Shown here piece after piece: positions 40,148-53,273 of a stretch of 64,000 bases of DNA. How positions within the stretch are numbered: position 1 is the stretch's first letter; every line of letters begins with the position of its first letter. This stretch comes from Centroscyllium fabricii. Taxonomy: Eukaryota. The stretch covers positions 1,550,001-1,614,000 of the forward strand of contig JBNRSN020000071.1 in NCBI GenBank assembly GCA_051313645.2, given 5' to 3'. Both the position numbers and the translations under genes were made by a program. The notes under the pieces were generated by a model. The model did no database searches and had not been told where the DNA came from. It saw nothing but the letters and a program-made list of their open reading frames with translations.

Positions 40148-40277
40148 ATGCGGAGGTGCCGGTGTTGGACTGGGGTGGACAAATGCAAAAAGTCACACAA
40201 CACCAGGTTTAAAGTCCAACGTTTTATTTAAAATAAAACGTTGGACTTTAAACCTGGTGTTGTGTGACTTTTTGCAT
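40148..40277. mobile_element. Penelope-like hairpin insertion in the 5' LTR of D
   Basis: Absent from the 3' LTR; perfect inverted repeat 40183-40277; duplicated catatatatacaaa on both sides. Confidence 0.8.
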
Positions 40278-40974
40278 ATATATACAAAGAGTGGTTTACC
40301 ACACAGGGTGCTGAGTTTGGATGATCAGCCATGATCTCATTGAATGGCAGAGCAGGCTCGAATGGCCGACTCCTGCTCCTATCTTCTATGTTTCTATCTG
40401 TGAATACCTGACGGCAGGAACTGCCCCACCTCTAACTCCTCCCCTCAGGTCGGAGTACATAGGTGGTTGCAGACCATCCCCCGTTCATTCACCGTCTTAA
40501 CCTCATCCGGAGACTAGCTCCAATTATAGTTAATAAAAGCCTTTAGTTGAGGTAACTATTCGTCTTTGTGTCTTAATTGACGATACGTCAATGAGCATTC
40601 ACGCTCCTGAGCCCACAGAAATAATTGGGAAAGCTAGTCCAGACCGCTGGTCGGCTGCTCAACACTCATTTCCACTGGGCCGAGCACACACCCCACCCAG
40701 TGGGAAACCAAAATTACATTGTGGTCCTAAATACAACATATCGGGGCTGAAATAACTTTCAATAAAAGGGCCATTCTCCTTTCTACTTGTGCAGTGAGAG
40801 CTCTCAGTTGCTTGCTGGTTCTCCTTGGTACGTTTCTACCGGTTTACTCTGTTGCTTTCTCACTTGGAGTTTTCCTACCCCTTTAATCACATTTGAACCG
40901 TTCAGTTAAATGATGCATTTTATTTTTACAAATATATTTGAGCTAATGAATACTTAAATATGACAGGCACCTTT

Positions 40975-41403
40975 CAGAGACATTTACAGCACAGAAGGAG
41001 GCCATTCGGCCCATCGTGTCCGTGCCGGCCAACAAAGAGTTCTCCACCTTAATTCCACTTTCCAGCTCTTGGTCTGTAGCCCTGTAGGTTCCGGCACTTC
41101 AAGCGCACATCCAAGTACTTTTTAAATGTGATGAGTGTTTCTGCCTCTACCACACTTTCAGGCAGTGAGTTCCAGACCCCCACCACCCTCTGAGTGAAAA
41201 GAGTTCTCCCCAAATCCCCTGTAAACATCCAACCAATTACTTTAAATCTGTGCCCCCTGGTTATTGATCCCTCTGCTAAGGGACATAGGTCCTTCCTATC
41301 CACTCTATCTCGGCCCCTCATAATTTTATACACCTCAGTAAGGTCTCCCCTCAGCCTCCTCTGTTCCAAAGAAAACAACCCCAACCTATCCAATCTTTCC
41401 TCA
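40975..41403 (-). mobile_element. CR1 LINE 3' end
   Basis: DRLGLFSLEQRRLRGDLTEVYKI...FTQRVVGVWNSLP. Confidence 0.88.
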
Positions 41404-41724
41404 AGCGCCTCAAAGTCCTTTCATGGACTTTGCCCTTTTAGCACATGCTAGGCACAAGACTTTTTAATTATTTTTATATTGTATACATATAGAAAAAGAC
41501 AGATTTATTATTACCCTGTATTCTTCAGTGTTATGCCCACTGCGTGTGAAGAAAATAGTCCAGCAATGGAGAAACGATGTCCAAGGTGGGCAAAAACTAG
41601 GACTTTATGCAGTAGTAAATTTACCAGTGGTCATGTCTGTGATGGACTAACTCGCAGGTATGGTGCTCAGGAGCTGGATCCGCCATTGTCAGTGTCTAGT
41701 GATCGAGCTTCAAGTGGTACACAC

Positions 41725-44700
41725 TGTGGTAAACCACTGTCTTGTATATATGTATATATGTCTCCCCCTTGTGTCCCCTCCCTGTAACTGTACTATAACC
41801 ATACTATAAAGTGCAACTCCTTGCCTTCTTGTCAGGGAGGACTCACCTGGGAGGACCCCGCTCTTTGGCTTCCTCCCCAGGCTCCGCCCACTGAGTATAA
41901 GAGTGCCAGCACACCTGAGTGCTTTCACTTCGGCTTGGAAGATCGTCAGACCTGTGTCCATTTCTATGTCAATAAAAGCCTCGATTACATCTGACCATCG
42001 ACTGGTAGTAATTGATTGTGCATCAATTTTATTGACATCGTTTCTACAAAAAAAAAGAGGATGGAAAAGTTCCTGAGACCCGACAGACTCGACCTCGTCC
42101 CGCGATCAGCAGGCGCTGAGCGGGCCTTCACGCACTGGGTCTCCTGCTTTGAAGCCTTCCTCGAAGAATCCCGCCTGACCGTGGACACAGAACAGCGGAA
42201 ACTCAAAGTCCTGCGGGCCCAGGTCAGCCCTGAGCTCTTCAGCTTGATCGAGGGCGAAACGACCTATAGGAACGCCCTGGACATCTTAAAAGCTCGTTTT
42301 ACTGCCCCGACGAACGAAATCTACACCAGGCATCTACTACTAAACAGGAAACAACAGCCTGGTGAGTCCTTCACGAACTTTATGGCAGCGTTGCGAACGC
42401 TCATGCGCGCCTGCAATTGTAGGCCGCTAACGGCCAACCAACACCAGGACATAATCCTCAGGGATGCACTGGTGGCTGGACTCAGGTCAACCTATACTCG
42501 CCAGCGGCTGCTGCAGCAGAGCAATATAGACCTGGCGGCGGCTGAAGCGCTAGCGGAATCGCTGGAGGCGGCGCACGTACAAGGAGAGGCCTACGACCAG
42601 CAAGGGGCGCGGGCGCTGACCCCGTGGGCGGGCGAGACGACCACCGCTGCGCCCCCACTCACGTCCGCAGCAGCGGCCCGACCCCAGAAGTGCTATTTCT
42701 GCGGGCAGACGAAACACCCCAGGCAGCGCTGCCCTGCAAAAGATGCGCTGTGATCCAGCTGCAGGAAGAAGGGACATTATGCAGCAGTCTGCAAGAGCAA
42801 ACCACCACCCCCCCCAGCAGCGCCGCGTGTGCTCCCACAGAGCCGCCATTTTGGGGCAGCCAGCACTCACCCCCACGTGGCGAACGTGGGGGCGGCCATT
42901 TTGGATCGGGCGGCCATCTTACACCCTCCACACGGCGAACACGGAGGCAGCCATTTTGCATCAGCGCCGCGTTTGCTCCCACAGGGCGGCCATTTTGAGG
43001 CCTACTCAGCCGCATGCTGTACTACTGGGAGTGATCCACGGGTTGACCTGCAACTCCCACAACTCGCATCGATCACGCTGGACCAGACCCAGCCCCACCA
43101 ACTGGCGCGATCCACCATGGACAATGAGGTAAACGGCCGTGCGGTTAACTGCCTTTTTGACTCGGGGAGTACCGAAAGTTTTATACATCCGGACACGGTA
43201 CGGAGGCTTTCCCTCATGGTACTCCCCGCGCGCCAGCGGATTCTAATGGCTTCCAACACCGCAACGGCGGAAGTCGGTGGTCTTTGCGTGGTTACACTTA
43301 AGGTGCGGGGTACTGTGTATAACCGTTTTAAACTGTTGGTCCTCCCCCACCTCTGCGCTGCCGTCCTACTGGGCCTTGACTTTCAGAGCCACCTCGACAG
43401 CGTGATCATGAAATACGGTGGCCCCCTCCCCCCGTTGACAGTCTGTAGCCAGCAGTTTACACAGCATGAACCCCACACCGTTTGCAGCCTGTTGACCCTC
43501 CCTCACTATTTGCTAACCTCACCCCCGACTGTAAGCCCATAGCTACAAAAAGCAGGCGCTACAGCGTGGGGGACAGACTGTTCATTAAGTCTGAGGTCCA
43601 GCGGCTACTGAGGGAGGGGATCATCGAGGCCAGCAACAGCCCCTGGAGAGCCCAGGTTGTAGTCGTCAAGAACGGCACCAAACACCGCCTGGTCATCGAC
43701 TACAGCCAGACGATCAACCGCTTCACTCAATTGGACGCATACCCCCTGCCTCGCATCTCAGACATGGTCAATGAGATTGCGCAGTACAGGGTGTTTTCTA
43801 CAATTGACCTGAAGTCGGCATATTATCAGCTCCCCATCCACCCCGGAGACCGCCACTTCACCGCCTTTGAGGCGAATGGCCGCCTCTACCACTTCCTGAG
43901 GGTCCCTTTCGGAGTCACCAACGGCATGTCGGTCTTCCAGCGGGAGATGGACCGGATGGTGGACCAAAACGGGCTGCTGGCTACCTTCCCCTACCTCGAC
44001 AACATCACCATCTGTGGCCACGACATGAGGGACCACGATGCGAACTTGGCCAGATTCCTCCACACCGCCAAGCGCCTCAACCTCACCTACAATGAGGAAA
44101 AATGCGTTTTCCACACCACCCGCCTCGCCATCCTGGGGTGCGTCGTGGCAAACGGGGTCATCGGCCCGGACCCCGAACGCATGCGCTCCCTCATGGAGCT
44201 TCCCCTTCCCCAGAGCCCAAAGGCCCTGAAAAGGTGCCTGGGCTTCTTTTCGTACTACGCCCAATGGGTCCCCCAGTACGCTGACAGAGCCCGCCCCCTA
44301 CTGAAATCCACCTCCTTTCCCCTGTCGAACGAGGCTCGGGCGGCCTTCGACAGCATCAAAGCAGCCATCGCCAAGGCGACCATGCACGCTGTGGACGAAT
44401 CCACCCCGTTCCAGGTGGAAAGTGATGCCGCTGATTTTGCCCTGGCCGCCACTCTCAACCAGTCTGGACGGCCGGTAGCCTTCTTCTCCCGCACCCTCCA
44501 CGGCCCCGAAATCAGGCATTCATCAGTGGAGAAGGAGGCCCAGGCCATCGTGGAAGCGGTGCGGCACTGGAGACACTACCTGGCCGGTAGAAGATTTACC
44601 CTGCTCACTGACCAGCGGTCGGTGGCTTTCATGTTTAGCAACAACCAGCGGGGTAAAATAAAAAAGACAAATTCCTACGGTGGAGAATTGAACTGTCCAC

Positions 44701-47155
44701 CAATAATTACGATATCTTGTACCGGCCCGGTAAACTCAATGAGCCCCCGGACGCACTATCCCGTGGAACCTGTGCCAGCGCACAAGTGGATAGACTGCAG
44801 TCCATCCACAATGACCTCTGCCACCCCGGAGTCACCCGGCTCTATCACTTCGTGAAGTCCTGCAACCTGCCCTACTCCGTTTCGGATGTCCGGTACATCA
44901 CCAGGCACTGCCCGACATGTGCGGAGTGCAAACCAATTTTTTTTCGACCAAGCAGAGCCAGTTTGGTCAAGGCCACCAGCCCCTTCGAACGACTGAGCGT
45001 CAATTTCAAGGGCCCCCTCCCCTCCACCAACAGGAACGGGTACTTCCTCACAGTCATTGACGAGTACTCACGCTTCCCTTTCGCAATCCCTTGCCCTGAC
45101 ATGACCACAGCCACGACCATCAGGTGTCTGCACAGCATCTTCACCATGTTCGGCTTCCCCAACTATATCCACACAGACAGGGGGTCGTCGTTCATGAGTG
45201 ATGAGCTGCGCCAGTACCTGCTGTCCAAAGGGATTGTGACGAGCAGGACCACTAGCTACAACCCCCGGGGCAACGGGCAGGTTGAGCGGGAGAACGGTAC
45301 CGTCTGGAAGGCCATCAGCCTCGCCCTACGGTCCAGGGGCCTCCCCGTCTCCCGCTGGCAGGAGGTCCTCCCAGATGCCCTCCACTCCATTAGGTCACTG
45401 CTCTGCACCGCCACCAATGCCACCCCTCACGAGCGGATGTTTTGCTTCCCCAGGATGTCTGCATCTGGGACCTCGCTGCCAGCGTGGCTGACGTCCCCCG
45501 GGCCTGTCTTGCTCCGGAGACACGTGAGGGCCCACAAGACAGACCCCCTGGTCGAAAGGGTACAGCTCCTCCACGCCAACCCCCAGTACGCCTACGTGGC
45601 ATTCCCGGACGGGCGGGGGGACACATGTCTACATTCGAGACCTCGTGCCCTCGGGTGCCCCAGAGACCACCGGCCCCCCCACCCCACCACCGTTCCCCTT
45701 CACGAGACGCTGTCGTCTGGTTCTTTTACAGCTCCTATAGACGGCATGTCGGAGACTCGGGATCGAACGATGCACAACACCCACCCCTCCACGACTGCAC
45801 CACCACCGACTTTGGAGGACACCACACAGCCGGAAGTCCTACAACCGCTGGAGCCAGCACGGCCGGCAACCCCAGGATCAACTCCAAGACCTGCACCGCG
45901 ATGGTCGCTTCGGCAGACCAGACCACCAGAAAGACTTAACCTTTGAAATAAAGGTTCTTCACCCTCGCCGTCATTTTTTTAAACAGGGGGTGAATGTGGT
46001 AAACCACTGTCTTGTATATATTGTATATATGTCTCCCCCTTGTGTCCCCTCCCTGTAACTGTATTATAACCATACTATAAAGGCTACAGAGTGACTTGGA
46101 CAGGTTAGGTGAATGGGCAAATGTATGGCAGATGGCGTACAATGTGGATAAATGTGAGGTTATCCACTTTGGTGGTAAAAATAGAGAGACAGACTATTAT
46201 CTGAATGGTGACAGATTAGGGAAAGGGGAGGTGCAACGAGACCTGGGCGTCATGGTACATCAGTCACTGAAGGTGGAAATGCAGGTACAGCAGGCAGTTA
46301 AGAAAGCAAATGTCATGTTGGCCTTCATAGCGAGGGGATTTGAGTACAGGAGTAGGGAGGTGTTGCTGCAGTTGTACAGGGCCTTGGTGAGGCCACACTT
46401 GGAGTATTGTGTGCAGTTTTGGTCTCCCAGCTTGAGGAAGGCCATTCTTGCTATTGAGGGAGTGCAGCAAAGGTTTACTAGATTGATTCCCGGGATGGCC
46501 GGACTGACATATCAAGAAAGACTGGATCAACTGAAGAATGAGGGGGGATCTCATAGAAACGTTTAAAATCCTGACGGGTTTGGACAGGTTGGATGCGGGC
46601 AGAATGTTCCCACTATTGGGGAAGTCCAGAACCAGGGGGCACAGACTAAGGATAAGGGGTAAGCCATTTAGGACTGAGATGAGGAGAAACTTCTTCACCC
46701 AGAGAGTGGTGAACCTGTGGAATTCTCTACCACAGAACGTTGTTGAGGCCAGTTCGCTAGATATATTCAAAAGGGAGTTAGATGTAATACTTACAACTAG
46801 GGGTATCAAGGGATATGGCGAGAAAGCAAGAATGGGGTACTGATGTAGCATGTTCAGCCATGAACGTGTTGAATGGCGGTGCAGGCTCGAAGGGCCGAAT
46901 GGTCTACTCCTGCACCTATTTTCTATGTATCTATGTATCTATGTAACTCCTTGCCTTCTTGTCAGAGAGGACTCACATGGGAGGACCACGCTCTTTGGCT
47001 TCCTCCCCAGGCTCCGCCCACTGAGTATAAGAGTGCCAGCACACCTGAGTGCTTTCACTTCGGCTTGGAAGATCGTCAGACCTGTGTCCATTTCTATGTC
47101 AATAAAAGCCTCGATTACATCTGACCATCGACTGGTAGTAATTGATTGTGCATCA
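41725..47155 (+). mobile_element. Full-length, decayed Gypsy element C (5' LTR 41725-42025; 3' LTR 45995-47155 interrupted by CR1)
   Basis: gag ATG at 42061 with zinc knuckle, PR LFDSGS, RT, RNase H, HHCC-DDE integrase. One premature stop and several frameshifts. TSD cacac/cccac. Confidence 0.93.
46081..46942 (+). mobile_element. 5'-truncated CR1 LINE inside the 3' LTR of C
   Basis: WQMAYNVDKCEVIHFG...LVRPHLEYCVQFWSP; the LTR sequence resumes at about 46943. Confidence 0.9.
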
Positions 47156-47364
47156 CCCACCCACCCTGATACCCACTGCATGTGAGCTGCAACCAGCAAC
47201 TGCTGCTTCTGTGAGAATGAGGAACGTTAGCCAGTGCCTTGCTTTTTGTGTCTTCCTACATTACAACAGTGACTAGTTGACTACATTTCAAAAGTACTTC
47301 ATTGGCTGTGAAGTGCTTACGGAGGTCCTGGAAGGTGCTTCTAGAAATGCAAGTCCTTTCTTTT

Positions 47365-48445
47365 ATCTGGTTGGCAGATAGAAAACAGAGAGTTGGAATA
47401 AACGGGTCATTTTCCGAGTGGCGGGCAGTGACTAGTGGGGTACCGCAAGGATAGGTCCTAGGACCCCAGCTGTTCACAATATATATTAATGATCTGGACG
47501 AGGGAATTGGATGTAATATCTCCAAATTTGCAGACGACACAAAGCTGGGTGGGAGGGTATGCTGTGAGGAGGATGTCGAGAAACTCCAATGTGATTTGGA
47601 CAGGTTGGGGGATTGGGCAGTTACATGGCAAATGCACTATAATGTGGATAAATGTGAAGTTATCCACTTTGGTGGCAATAACAGGAGGGCAGATTATTAT
47701 TTGAATGGCAATAGATTGGGAGATGGGGAAGTGCAAAGAGACCTGGGTGTCCTTGTGCACCAGTCACTGAAGGTAAGCATGCAGGTGCAACAGGCAGTTA
47801 AGAAGGCAAATGGTATGTTGGCCTTCGTGGCAAGAGGGTTCGAATATAAGAACAATGATGTCTTGCTGCAGCTCTACAGGACCTTGGTGAGACCACACCT
47901 CGAGTATTGTGTGCAGTTTTGGTCACCTCATCTGAGGAAGGACGTTCTTGCCATTGAAGGAGTGCAGCGAAGATTCATCAGGCTGATACCTGGGATGGCA
48001 GGAATGACATATGGGGAGAGATTGAGTCGATCGGGCTTATACTCACGAGTTCAGACGATTGAGAGGGGATCTCATTGAAACCTATAAAATTCTTTCAGGC
48101 CTGGACAGACTGGATGCAGGAACAATGTTTCCGATGAAAGGGGAATCCAGAACCAGGGGCAATAGTCTAAGGATAAGGGGAAAGCCATTTAGGACTGAGA
48201 TGAGGGGAATTTCTTCACCCAGAGAGTGGTGAACCTGTGGAATTCTCTGCCACAGAGGGTGGTGGAGACAGGTTCATTAAATATATTCAAGGAGTTGGAT
48301 ATATCTCTTAAGGCTGAAGGGATATGGGGAGAAGGCAGGGACAGGGTACTGAATCTGAAAGATCAGTCATGATCGAATTGAATGGCGGAGCAGGCTCGAA
48401 GGGCCGAATGGCCTACTCCTGCTCCTATCTTCTATGTTTCTATGT
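47365..48445 (+). mobile_element. 5'-truncated CR1 LINE
   Basis: SGVPQG, KFADDTK, VRPHLEYCVQFWSP and 3' UTR. Confidence 0.9.
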
Positions 48446-48704
48446 TAATTTTATCCATGTGCATCCACAGAAACTGAGACCACTTTCATCTAAACCAGAG
48501 ACAAATTGCTTTTCTATAACAAGGGGAAAGGAAAGGGGTGGAGGTTTTTCAACTCTTCATCCTCTGAAATGACATACCTCCTTGTACTGCCCACTCTGGA
48601 AAGACAAGACTGCTTCACCAGCACTGTAATAAAACAATCCATCCGGATATGGTACAAAGCAGTAATCAGTAGAATATGGGTTTACTCTCCACGTCTTAAG
48701 TCAT

Positions 48705-49790
48705 AACGGCACAGGAGGCCATTTGGCCCATCGAGTCCGTGCTGGCTCTCTGTAGAGCAATCCAGTCAGTCCCATTCCCCAGCTCTATCCCCGTAGCTCT
48801 CCAAGTTTATTTCCCTCAAGTGCCTATCCAGTCTCCCCTTGAAAACATTGAGTGTGTCCGCCTCCACCACCTCCGTCAGCAGCGAGTTCCAGGTCCTCAC
48901 CACTCGCTGCGTAAAAAGGTTTTTCCTCACCCCTCCCCCTGTATCTCTTGCCCAAAACCTTCAATCTGTGTCCCCTAGTCCTTGTACCATCAACTAGTGG
49001 GAACAGCCTTTCCCCGTCTAGCCTATCCAAACCCGTCATAATCTTGTACACCTCTATCAAATCACCCCGCAACCTCCTTTGCTCTAATGAAAACAAATCC
49101 AGCTTCTCCAACCTGTCCTTGTAGCTAAGATCCCCTGTCCCCGGAACCATTCTGGTAAATCTCCTCTGCACCCTCTCAAGGGCTTTCACATCCTTTCTAA
49201 AGTGTGGTGACCAGAACTGGACGCAATAATCCAGTTGTGGCCTAACCAGCGCTTTATAAAGGTTCAGCATAACCTCTCTAGTTTTGTACTCAATACCTCA
49301 ATTTATGAAGCCCAAGATCCCATATGCTTTGCTAACCACTCTCTCAATATGTCCCACCACCTTCAGGGACCTATGCACATTAACTCCCAGGTCCCTCTGT
49401 CCCTGCACATTCTTTAAAACTGTGCCATTAAGGGTATATTTCCACTCCCTGTTCCTTCTGCCAAAACGCATCACCTCACACTTCTCTGTATTAAATTCCA
49501 TCTGCCACTTGTCTGCCCATTCTGCTAGCTTTTCACTGATGTTAAACTGACTGGCCTGTAGTTACTAGGATTGTCCTTGCACCCTTTCTTGAACAATGGT
49601 GTCACAATATCCATTTTCCAATCCTCAGGCACCTCCCCCGCATCTAGGGAAGATTGGAAGATTATGGCAAGCCCTTCCGCTATCTCCTCTCCCAATTCCC
49701 TTAGCAACCTGGGATGCAGGCCATCTGGACCAGACGACTTTTCCACTCTAAGCATACCCAGCCTTTCCAGTACATCCTATCAATTTTCAC
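48705..49790 (-). mobile_element. CR1 LINE fragments with internal deletion
   Basis: GPDGLHPRLLREL...NYRPVSLTS joined to MEFNTEKCEVMRFG...VRPQLDYCVQFWSP. Confidence 0.88.
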
Positions 49791-50877
49791 CCCTTCCATT
49801 GCTTCTTCACTGTCATGTGCTATCCTTTAGTTAGCTCCATACTTGACTATTCCAATGCTCTCCTGGCTGGCTCCCATCCTCCATCATTCCCTCCCTAAAC
49901 CTCTGCACCTCTCACTCCGCCTTTAAGATGCTCCTTAAAACCTACCGATTTGACCAAGCTTTCAGTCACATGTCCTAATGTGTACTCCTTTGGCTCAGAG
50001 TCAATTTTCTTGTCTTATTGCGCTCCTGTGAAGCACCTGGTGACATTTCACTACGTTAAAGGCGCTGTACAAATACAAGAGTGACACACTAGACCAGAAT
50101 AGTCATCAAAGCAGACAGTGTAAGTTTATTCAAGGGACAGCGTTTGTGCAGGAGCGTTGAGGATGCCGTGGGATGTTTTACTGTGTTAAAGGTGCAATAT
50201 AAATGCAAGTTGTTGTATGCCATGAAGGTGGGTATGTGGGGTTAACCTCTGAAAATGTGATGAGCTTGTGACCAAAGATAGCCATTCCCAAGAATCCCTA
50301 TGTTCTCTTTACATGAGCTCTACCTTTTCTCCCTGCACCTCTCTCCCGATGGAGTCGTCTCCCTTACTGCGCAATTCCTTTCCTGGTGTGTGGTTCTGCT
50401 CCTATGTTGCTACGAGTTAGAGGATTTTATTGAAACCATCATGTATGGCGACAATCTCGGCACAACCTACCCCAATGCCTCCATTCTGTTGGCCAGCACA
50501 ATAAACACTGAGCAATGAACCTCAGTTGATTGGCTATCATTCATGTTGGGATCTTTAACCACGTGTCAGCAGAATGACTGTACAGTCTGCTACTGTTCGC
50601 ACGTGATAGCCAGAGATCATTGAATAGTGATCAAGAGCAGTTCTTCCCCCTGCCCAACCCAAGGGTGCTGATAACATCTGGAGAGGACCTGGTTTGTACC
50701 ACACCAAAACAGCCTTTATATCTGAACCATTGCCCATTGAATCAGTATCAGGGACAAAGTTTGATGGATCATTGGAAGTGTTTAATATTGGCTACAGTAG
50801 CATGATCAAGAACACGACTGCCCACCATGGCAGGGTACACAGGCATCAAGACACAAGGTTCTCAGTCCATCGTTTCG

Positions 50878-50950
50878 CTACAGAAAGGTCATGACGGTCC
50901 CATTTTTCCCAATCTGCCACTTCTCCACAGGGTAAAATCGAATCAGGATC
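50878..50950 (-). CDS. DDT: D-dopachrome tautomerase/decarboxylase (MIF family), last coding exon
   Basis: Translates (R)ILIRFYPVEKWQIGKNGTVMTFL*, versus remembered human [24 protein letters not shown]. Acceptor cttctttccAG at 50952-50951. Candidate AATAAA at 50431-50426. Too short for the ORF track. Confidence 0.93.
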
Positions 50951-51496
50951 CTGGAAAGAAGTTAAGAGTTTAGGGAACAGCAAATCATAGTTCCATTGTG
51001 TGTGTTTCTTTTAAGAGACAATTAATTGGGTAAATCAAGATTGTCCTTGTAGGCCATCTAGGACAATGGTACGGAGCCGCACGGGACATATACAAAGTTC
51101 AAATCAACACTCCCATTCATTTTCTTTTCCCAAGCGACTGATGCCAACACGTTCTGATGTTCTAATTTAGGATTTATGAGCCAACAGCCCTTTCAAAACC
51201 GCCAAGTCCACATAATCCAAGCCATCCAATATATAAAAGCAGAATTAGAATGGAGTTATCTCATCTTCATGACTGGATTTAATGTGGATACCCAAAGATA
51301 AACTGACAACGTAACATCCCCAGTCCTATGTCCACATGTGTTTCAGCCTTGCATAAAGTATCACAGGAGGAAAATCTGATCTGTTGAGCTTTCAATCCTT
51401 GGTCTGCGACTCGGCTGATCTCTGATAAATGACCACATTTTTCTCCACAATTTTCTGCTGTTCGCAAGACCCTGGTGCATGCTTAGTTGGGGGCTG

Positions 51497-52045
51497 GTCA
51501 CTCCCCACCCCTCTCCTGGACAGTCCGGTCACTCCCACCCCCTCTCCTGGACAGTCCGGTCACTCCCACCCCCTCTCCTGGACAGTCCGGTCACTCCCAC
51601 CCCCTCTCCTGGACAGTCCGGTCACTCCCACCCCCTCTCCTGGACAGTCCGGTCACTCCCACCCCTCTCCTAGACAGTCCGGTCACTCCCACCCCCTCTC
51701 CTGGACGGTCCGGTCACTCCCCACCACCTGTCCTGGACGGTCCGGTCACTCCCCACCACCTGTCCAGGACAGTCCAGTCACTCCCCACCACCTGTCCAGG
51801 ACAGTCCGGTCACTCCCCACCCCTCTCCTGGACAGTCCGGTCACTCCCCACCACCTCTCCTGGACAGTCCGGTCACTCCCACCCCCTCTCCTGGACGGTC
51901 CGGTCACTCCCCACCACCTGTCCAGGACAGTCCAGTCACTCCCCACCACCTCTCCTGGATGGTCCGGTCACTCCCCACCACCTGTCCAGGACAGTCCGGT
52001 CACTCCCCACCACCTGTCCTGGACACTCTGGTCACACCCCACCTC
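51497..52045. repeat. Minisatellite, about 31-32-bp unit (CACTCCCACCCCCTCTCCTGGACAGTCCGGT)
   Basis: Read directly; about 17 units. Confidence 0.95.
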
Positions 52046-53273
52046 TCCAGGATGGTTGTTCTTTGTGTGCAAGCCCGATGGCAAGTGTCAGTAGGCTATT
52101 GGACTGCAGAGGGCATCGTAGCAGAGTCCAATCATCACACCCACAGCTCAAAAGCATTGCCACCAGTGTAGCACCCCAACCACCAAATTATCTGCCATCA
52201 GCTAACTCATGGACCAGGGATCAAACTCAAGGAAAATCCGATTTTTCTACAGATAAAAAAACAGGACCAGGAGTGTGCCCCTGACTCCAGTCGCAATGGC
52301 CTCCCCGCCTCCCATATAGCCCGTTCCAAACTGCACCGCCCATCCCCAGACTTCACGAGGGATGCTACTCGAGAGGCAGATGGCCCGACATTGAGCTCTT
52401 GACTCGGGCGCCCTACCCGTGGAGGAGCGACCAGCGCCTATGGATGAGACTCGAGGGCCAATTTCCACCAATTCTCGGTTCGGGCACGCACTGGTCACAC
52501 AGCTCCAACTCTGGGCCAGAATACGGGCCCCAGACCAAAATCTACCTCATTATTTATTGTAGGGCATGATGCTTCTGTCATTACAAAACAGTGTTTCCTC
52601 TAACTGACTATGAGCACCACAGGGACCAGTAGTTTTTAAAATTAAACTAGAGATGTTGGTAGTGAAGCAGAAGAGCATATTTCTGCTGTTGTGCAAGATT
52701 TGACAATTTAACAGTATTAGACTCATATTTTTAACTCCCTGGCACTTTTTATCAAAGGATACTTTAAGTACATTTTTCTCCACTTGTTCACATCACCAGC
52801 TGTCTGAGTTTACCCTCTGACTGACATTCGCCATGTCCACATCAGGTAATTAGAATCCTGGACACATTTTTCTTCATTTGGACAACAATCCAAGTGTCAA
52901 CACGATGGTGGAAGGTGAGCAGACAAACATTGAGAGATTCTGAACAACTCACGTTGGAGGCGCCAAAGGAAAGCAAGCCAGGCATATTGTAGCTGATATG
53001 ATGAGTCTGAGGTGATTCAGAGCAAGCTAAATGAATAGTTTAACAACAAAGGTCTTGCCTTCAGTATCAACTTTGACTGGCAGCCGTGGCTCAGTGGGTA
53101 TCACTCTGGTCTGAGGCAAACAGGTTGTGGGTTCAAGCCCCCCTCCAGATTACTGAGCACAAAATCCAGCCTGACACTCTAGTGCAGTGCTGAGGGAGCG
53201 CTGCACTGTCCGACATGCCGTCTTTTGAATGAGACATTAAACCGAGGTCCCGTCTGCTCTCTCAAGTGGACGT

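Larger units (their letters stand above)
33491..40303 (-). mobile_element. Gypsy LTR retrotransposon D (3' LTR 33491-33769, 5' LTR 39885-40303), disrupted
   Basis: Near-identical LTRs; perfect TSD caggg; gag start MESMLKP at 39862; PR (LFDSGS), RT, RNase H and IN between about 37360 and 33830; most of gag is missing. Confidence 0.92.
33185..40405 (+). mobile_element. V-SINE split by LTR element D (33185-33490 and 40304-40405)
   Basis: The SINE body stops at GGACAGGG and resumes CAGGGTGCTGAGTTTGGATGATCAGCC. Confidence 0.85.
33124..40590 (+). mobile_element. Solo LTR F, split into 33124-33184 and 40417-40590 by nested insertions
   Basis: Starts TGTGGTAAA, ends TGACGATACGTCA, TSD aggag/atgag. 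The interrupting SINE is flanked by duplicated acctgacggca. Confidence 0.75.

Noticed and set aside
51429-52284. 221-aa and 265-aa ORFs
   Set aside because: Translations of the 31-32-bp minisatellite.
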